Shown: positions 59,074 to 64,000 of the stretch, in pieces
Numbering within the stretch: the first letter of the stretch is position 1
Layout of the letters: the number at the start of each line of letters is the position of its first letter
Assembly: GCA_965153355.1 (NCBI GenBank)
Contig: OZ231126.1
Coordinates: 46,438,001 to 46,502,000, forward strand
DNA: 64,000 nt
Source of the DNA: Flaccisagitta enflata
Taxonomy: Eukaryota
Direction: 5' to 3'
Position numbers and translations under genes: made by a program
The notes under the pieces: model-generated
Told to the model about the DNA's origin: nothing
Seen by the model: the letters and a program-made list of their open reading frames with translations, nothing else
Database searches by the model: none

Positions 59074-62008
59074 TAATAGCTTGTGCAGGGCGATTTTAAA
59101 CTCTCAACAGTTCGATTTTTTTCCCATCACGACGGACTGTGCATCGTTATACCATCGCTTTATTCTCATTTCAGGAAACTACCATCCGTGGAAGGTGTCG
59201 TGGAACAGATAATTAAAAGATTATCCGTCCGGAATTATGACAGGTAAAGACCATGTTGACAGATGAGCTATTCGTTCCAAAATAAAAAGATGAATCTTCA
59301 TGAAGAGTATCAAAAAACTATCAATTGACGTAGCTTCAAGAAATAAAACCGAGGCAGTGCAGAAAATCCCAGAAATGATCTACACCATTCTAAACGTCTA
59401 TTGTTGTGCAACATCGTTTCCAGGTTTCCATCTGCATTTTTCCACAATCTTCTCATTCGTGTCAAAGATTTTATCAAAATTGAAAACGCAACTTCCCTCA
59501 TCAAGCCGTGAGGAAGTCGATGCTCATGCCCTCAAGAAGCTTTCACTTGATCGTAGTCAACCTTGTATGACTATCCGCGACTGTGCTTTCCTTTTTTTTG
59601 ACGGTTGCCGAGCGTCTTTATGGCAGTGTACCTCGGAAAGGGCGGAATGTCTGTGTGTAATACAAACTTAGAATGACGCAAAGCCGCGGCGACCATAATG
59701 ATGACTTATGAGCATTTCAGCCCCCATCAATCCACCTTACCGCCCCTGCCTACCCGCATGACACGGCCGAATACTGGACTTATAAGCAAAAGAGTGAAAA
59801 CATTCACTTCAACAAAGGACAGAAAATATGCAAATAAATAAGGGGAAAAATAATGACCTGTCTATTTTCATTTTTGGGGGCTTATCATGATAAAATCATA
59901 TATAAATCGGTGACCATTAGAAAGAGCTTCAAAAAATCTGCCTAATGACACCAAGCAGATTTTTTTAGCTCAAACCGTTTGGATTTTATTTAAAAATGAA
60001 TATACCTCGGTTTGAAAATGCCAATAAAAGAAATTCTATGAAAATCAAAGGACTTGTCGTACAAAATTGTTCAAAATCCCTTCATCTATGTCTTCCCAAA
60101 TGATTACAAATGATATTTAGTACCTGGAAAGCCTAGACAAAACATTGCTACAAAAAAATTAAATTTATTGCAAAAAATAATAGCAACAAATAACTTTATT
60201 GTTTTACTGAGACGATATTTTTGACCAAGATGGTACATGGTTTTTATTATAGACCACAATTATTATCTCACAGAAATGCGGAGTATTTCCGCTAAAAAGG
60301 GATCACATGTGCGAATGTTCTGCCATGAAAAAAGCGGAAAGCGACGCTGAACAACCAGAGAACAGAACAGAGAAACTGATCAAAAGAATGCGGCCGTCGG
60401 TAGAGAATTAAGACCGGGAACGCGAACGATGGGAAGCGTGGCTTCGGTGAACAAAAAGTCTGCCGCCAGTCAATTTGGCAGAAACGATTCGATTCGAGCG
60501 GTCGTGGAGTCAACCGCGACAGAAAATGCTTATGGCCGCCAATCTGCAGGAGTGGATTCGGCTCGAGGGAGCAGCGCCTCACCAACATCCCCTCCAGCCA
60601 ACGTCTCGTCCCAGAAACGGCCGTCCGGCGAAATATTCCGTAATAGGGCATGGTTCATCGCCAAACTAAAGGTGGGTGAGACTCACGGTGAATGAACCAC
60701 TTATTTCGGTATCAGTTTTAGCTACTAGTCGCTGGCTAAGTGAATCTATAGTATGAGAGCTACGCAAAGGACGTGTCCCTATGGCGCACTGTAACTTCAC
60801 TTTTCCCATTGAACGTGGTTTTAAGCACTGTGGAGGAACAGAAATGGCGCCCAAAGGCGATGTTTGAGATTCTTCCTAGAACCCATAAATTCAACCACTT
60901 TTTTGCCCCAAAAATAACTACTTCGTTAAACATTAAAAAGGAATCTTTTTTTTGTTTCAGGAAATCTTTTTATTGGTAAATTAATTCTACCCACCGTAAA
61001 TCATATCTTTTGATCCGTTTTCCAATTTTTATTGCAGAAAATTTAATTTTCAAAATTTTTAAAACTGAAATTTGAATGTTCAAGATTAACTTATTAAACG
61101 CAAAATAAGATAAGCCAAAACAACAGGATTTATAGTGGAAACAGGCTTGGTACAACACAATCAAGTGTTTTTTTCGGAATCAAGAAAAAATGTTGTGACT
61201 TGTTAAAGTTTGTAAATGCAAAATATATCCATCCACATGTTTATTGATAACAAACAAAAAAATTTCATTTTTTGAAAATTATGATTCTTCTGGCTTAGGT
61301 AACTAATTCCAACGCGAAATTGTGACTCTGGGCATTACTGCCCCTAACCAGTCCCACAGCCTCTGCACTACCCAAATTATTGCCTCTTCCCATTCAAATT
61401 ACTGCCCCTGCCCACCCAAATTACTGCCCCTGCCCAGTCCCAAAGCCTCTGCAATGCCCACCCGAATTTTTGCCCCTGACTACCCGAATTATTGCCTCTT
61501 CCCATCCAAATTACTGCCCCTACCCACCCGAATTACTGCCCCTACCCAGTCACACAGCCTCTGCACTGCCCACCCGAATTTTTCCCCCTTCCCACCCGAA
61601 TTACTGCCTCTTCTCCTCCAAATCACTGCCCCTACCCACCCGAATTACTGCCCCTAGCCACCCGCCAGCGACTACTTATTGACCGCGTATCCGGCCTAGT
61701 TAAAGTTACTTTTCACCCAATTCCGTTCAGGGGACGTCACGGTCACGTACAAACCCGATAATCACAGTTAAACCCGCGGAAAACAACGTTGACTTTTTGG
61801 CGGCCCCGGAAATGCCCATAACTGACCGGGGCAGTTCCCCCACTTCTAGTTCAAGAACCGAATCACGGTGAGATCGTCCATGAGAGTAAACAGCAGCCCA
61901 AAGGCAGTATATGGTCAGCTGTATCTGTGCCCTGCTTGCATGATTTGTTGGAAAAGTTGAACTTGAAGAGGGAGCAGAGAAGCGGGCCCCAAAAGGGATG
62001 CAGTCATT

Positions 62009-63325
62009 AAGTGTGAAAGCCACCCTCAAAATAAGGCTTTTCCCTACTTCTCAGTTCTTATTGATCTTTTTCCTATATTCGTTGCCCTCAACATTTTAGA
62101 TCATGTTGAAACGGCTGAGGTACTCCCTCTCAAGGTTTAAAAACAAATGACCCCGCTCCAAAACAGATTTGGACATGGACTAGAGCATCATTTCTGAGAC
62201 GTCGGTAGTATGAAAAAACATTGATTTTTATCGATTTTAAGATATAAAATGAGATTGCTCTACTTTAGCCGCGTGGAATTCCTCTAAATTCATGGAATTG
62301 CTGTCTGTGCTCATTCTGTTGGTAGTGTAAACAAAATTTGGGGCCTGCAAATGTTGTGAGGCAAGATTTTGGCCTCGGTCTGAGGTTTGTCAGTTAGTAT
62401 ATGTGAACTTTCTAGGTCTAAATGGAGGGGTCAATGGCAAGATTTGAGAAATTTGACTAGGTTCAGTGAAAGAACAGTGTTTGAGCAGTCAGCAGCTTGA
62501 ATTTTGACGTCTCAATGGATATCCTAGTAGGGCTACAGTGGTATCCTTTTAAAGTGGGAAAAATGGGATTTCTACTGGTTTGCACTCATATAAGGGGCAA
62601 GGTGACATGAAATTTTTTTTAGAAGAGCTGTCTAAAGGTATTTTTTTATATTTAAAGCTTGGTTATGATAGAAAATGAAATAATATTATGAAAAATGACA
62701 TTTTTTTTCATTTTTTTACAAAAAGTTTACTACACATAACTGTTTAAAGTGTGAAAGCCACCCTCAAAATAAGGCTTTTCCCTACTTCTCAGTTCTTATT
62801 GATCTTTTTCCTATATTCGTTGCCCTCAACATTTTAGATCATGTTGAAACGGCTGAGGTACTCCCTCTCGAGGTTTAAAAACAAATGACCCCGCTCCAAA
62901 ACAGATTTGGACATGGACTAGAGCATCATTTCTGAGACGTCGGTAGTATGAAAAAACATTGATTTTTATCGATTTTAAGATATAAAATGAGATTGCTCTA
63001 CTTTAGCCGCGTGGAATTCCTCTAAATTCATGGAATTGCTGTCTGTGCTCATTCTGTTGGTAGTGTAAACAAAATTTGGGGCCTGCAAATGTTGTGAGGC
63101 AAGATTTTGGCCTCGGTCTGAGGTTTGTCAGTTAGTATATGTGAACTTTCTAGGTCTAAATGGAGGGGTCAATGGCAAGATTTGAGAAATTTGACTAGGT
63201 TCAGTGAAAGAACAGTGTTTGAGCAGTCAGCAGCTTGAATTTTGACGTCTCAATGGATATCCTAGTAGGGCTACAGTGGTATCCTTTTAAAGTGGGAAAA
63301 ATGGGATTTCTACTGGTTTGCACTC
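62009..63325. repeat. Near-identical 579-bp direct repeat pair (62009-62587, 62747-63325)
   Basis: Offset 738; I saw one substitution (ctctcaagg/ctctcgagg); second copy is flanked by TTAA on both sides. Confidence 0.9.
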
Positions 63326-64000
63326 TTAAGGCACAAGCGAATCGGTCTCGTCAGCGATCTCAATCTGTGTCTTTTGTTTTGAAGTGTTTTTAAGCGGGTA
63401 ATGTTTTAGGGTTAGGGGTGGGGTTGGGGTTGGGCTGGGTTTTAGGGTTAAGGATAGGGTTGGGGTTAGTGATAGGAGTTAGGGTTAGGTGTGGCATTGT
63501 TTCTACAATATATTTCAGCTCGAGTGTGCTTGAATTAAAGATTTCCCCTAGCGGGAAAAACAAACGAACAGGATGGTTTACGCTAACTTTACCGGGAATC
63601 TGTCCGTCCATCTGGATCCACTTGGATCAGGAACTTGAAAAACAGGATCTGGGTCTCTAAGGTCATGATTTGTGTCATATGGACCATGATTTGGGTCATA
63701 GCGACGCGACAAGAAGATCTTGGTCTCAAAGGTCAGTATCTAGGTCTCTGAGGCCAGTATCTTAGTCTCAGGGGTTGGGATTTAAACCTCCGAAGCTAGG
63801 CTTTAGATCTTTATAGAACTCAGCCCAGAATTCAATATTAATAGCCAAATTTGGGCCATTTTGATTGGATTTGGGCCATTTTGCACAGATTTAAGCCACT
63901 TAGCTTGCATTTAAGCGGTTTTGCTTAGGTTTGGGCTGTTAGGCAGAATTTAGGTCAGAATGGACCCCGAAAGAAACTAAGCCCTGAAAAGGGGGGGACA

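Noticed and set aside
59300-59671. 123-aa plus-strand ORF
   Set aside because: No recognisable domain or splice support.
60274-60671. In-frame TGA at 60348 as possible selenocysteine or readthrough codon
   Set aside because: No selenoprotein-like context or SECIS seen; coding status of the frame is unproven.

Overview
Repeat-rich, intron-containing eukaryotic DNA, most consistent with an invertebrate animal (inferred from the Domeless-like receptor and HINE-type repeats). Most long ORFs in the supplied track are microsatellite or minisatellite artefacts; the real genes had to be assembled from GT-AG exons. Supported genes: (1) a GPR83-like class A peptide GPCR, minus strand, TM1-TM6 in 7 exons at 2676-8630, TM7 exon not found; (2) the first two exons of a SAXO/FAM154 axonemal gene, minus, 20451-20878, with an RFX X-box, the rest of the gene missing; (3) a complete 5-exon, 193-aa CFAP20/BUG22, minus, 33437-38768; (4) head-to-head with it, a complete 8-exon, 950-aa Domeless/gp130-like cytokine receptor, plus, 39435-47155, whose tail lacks recognisable JAK Box1 and STAT YxxQ motifs. 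Weaker orphan exon chains are also present. A near-identical ~7.5 kb duplication (about 11.9-19.4 kb vs 27.4-34.9 kb) places a second CFAP20 terminal exon just downstream of the truncated SAXO gene; it may be real or an assembly artefact. Many non-autonomous transposons have readable termini and target duplications, including a CAC-ended MITE with a 5-bp TSD whose ends look like V(D)J 12-RSS signals, and a Helentron-like element carrying two tandem arrays.
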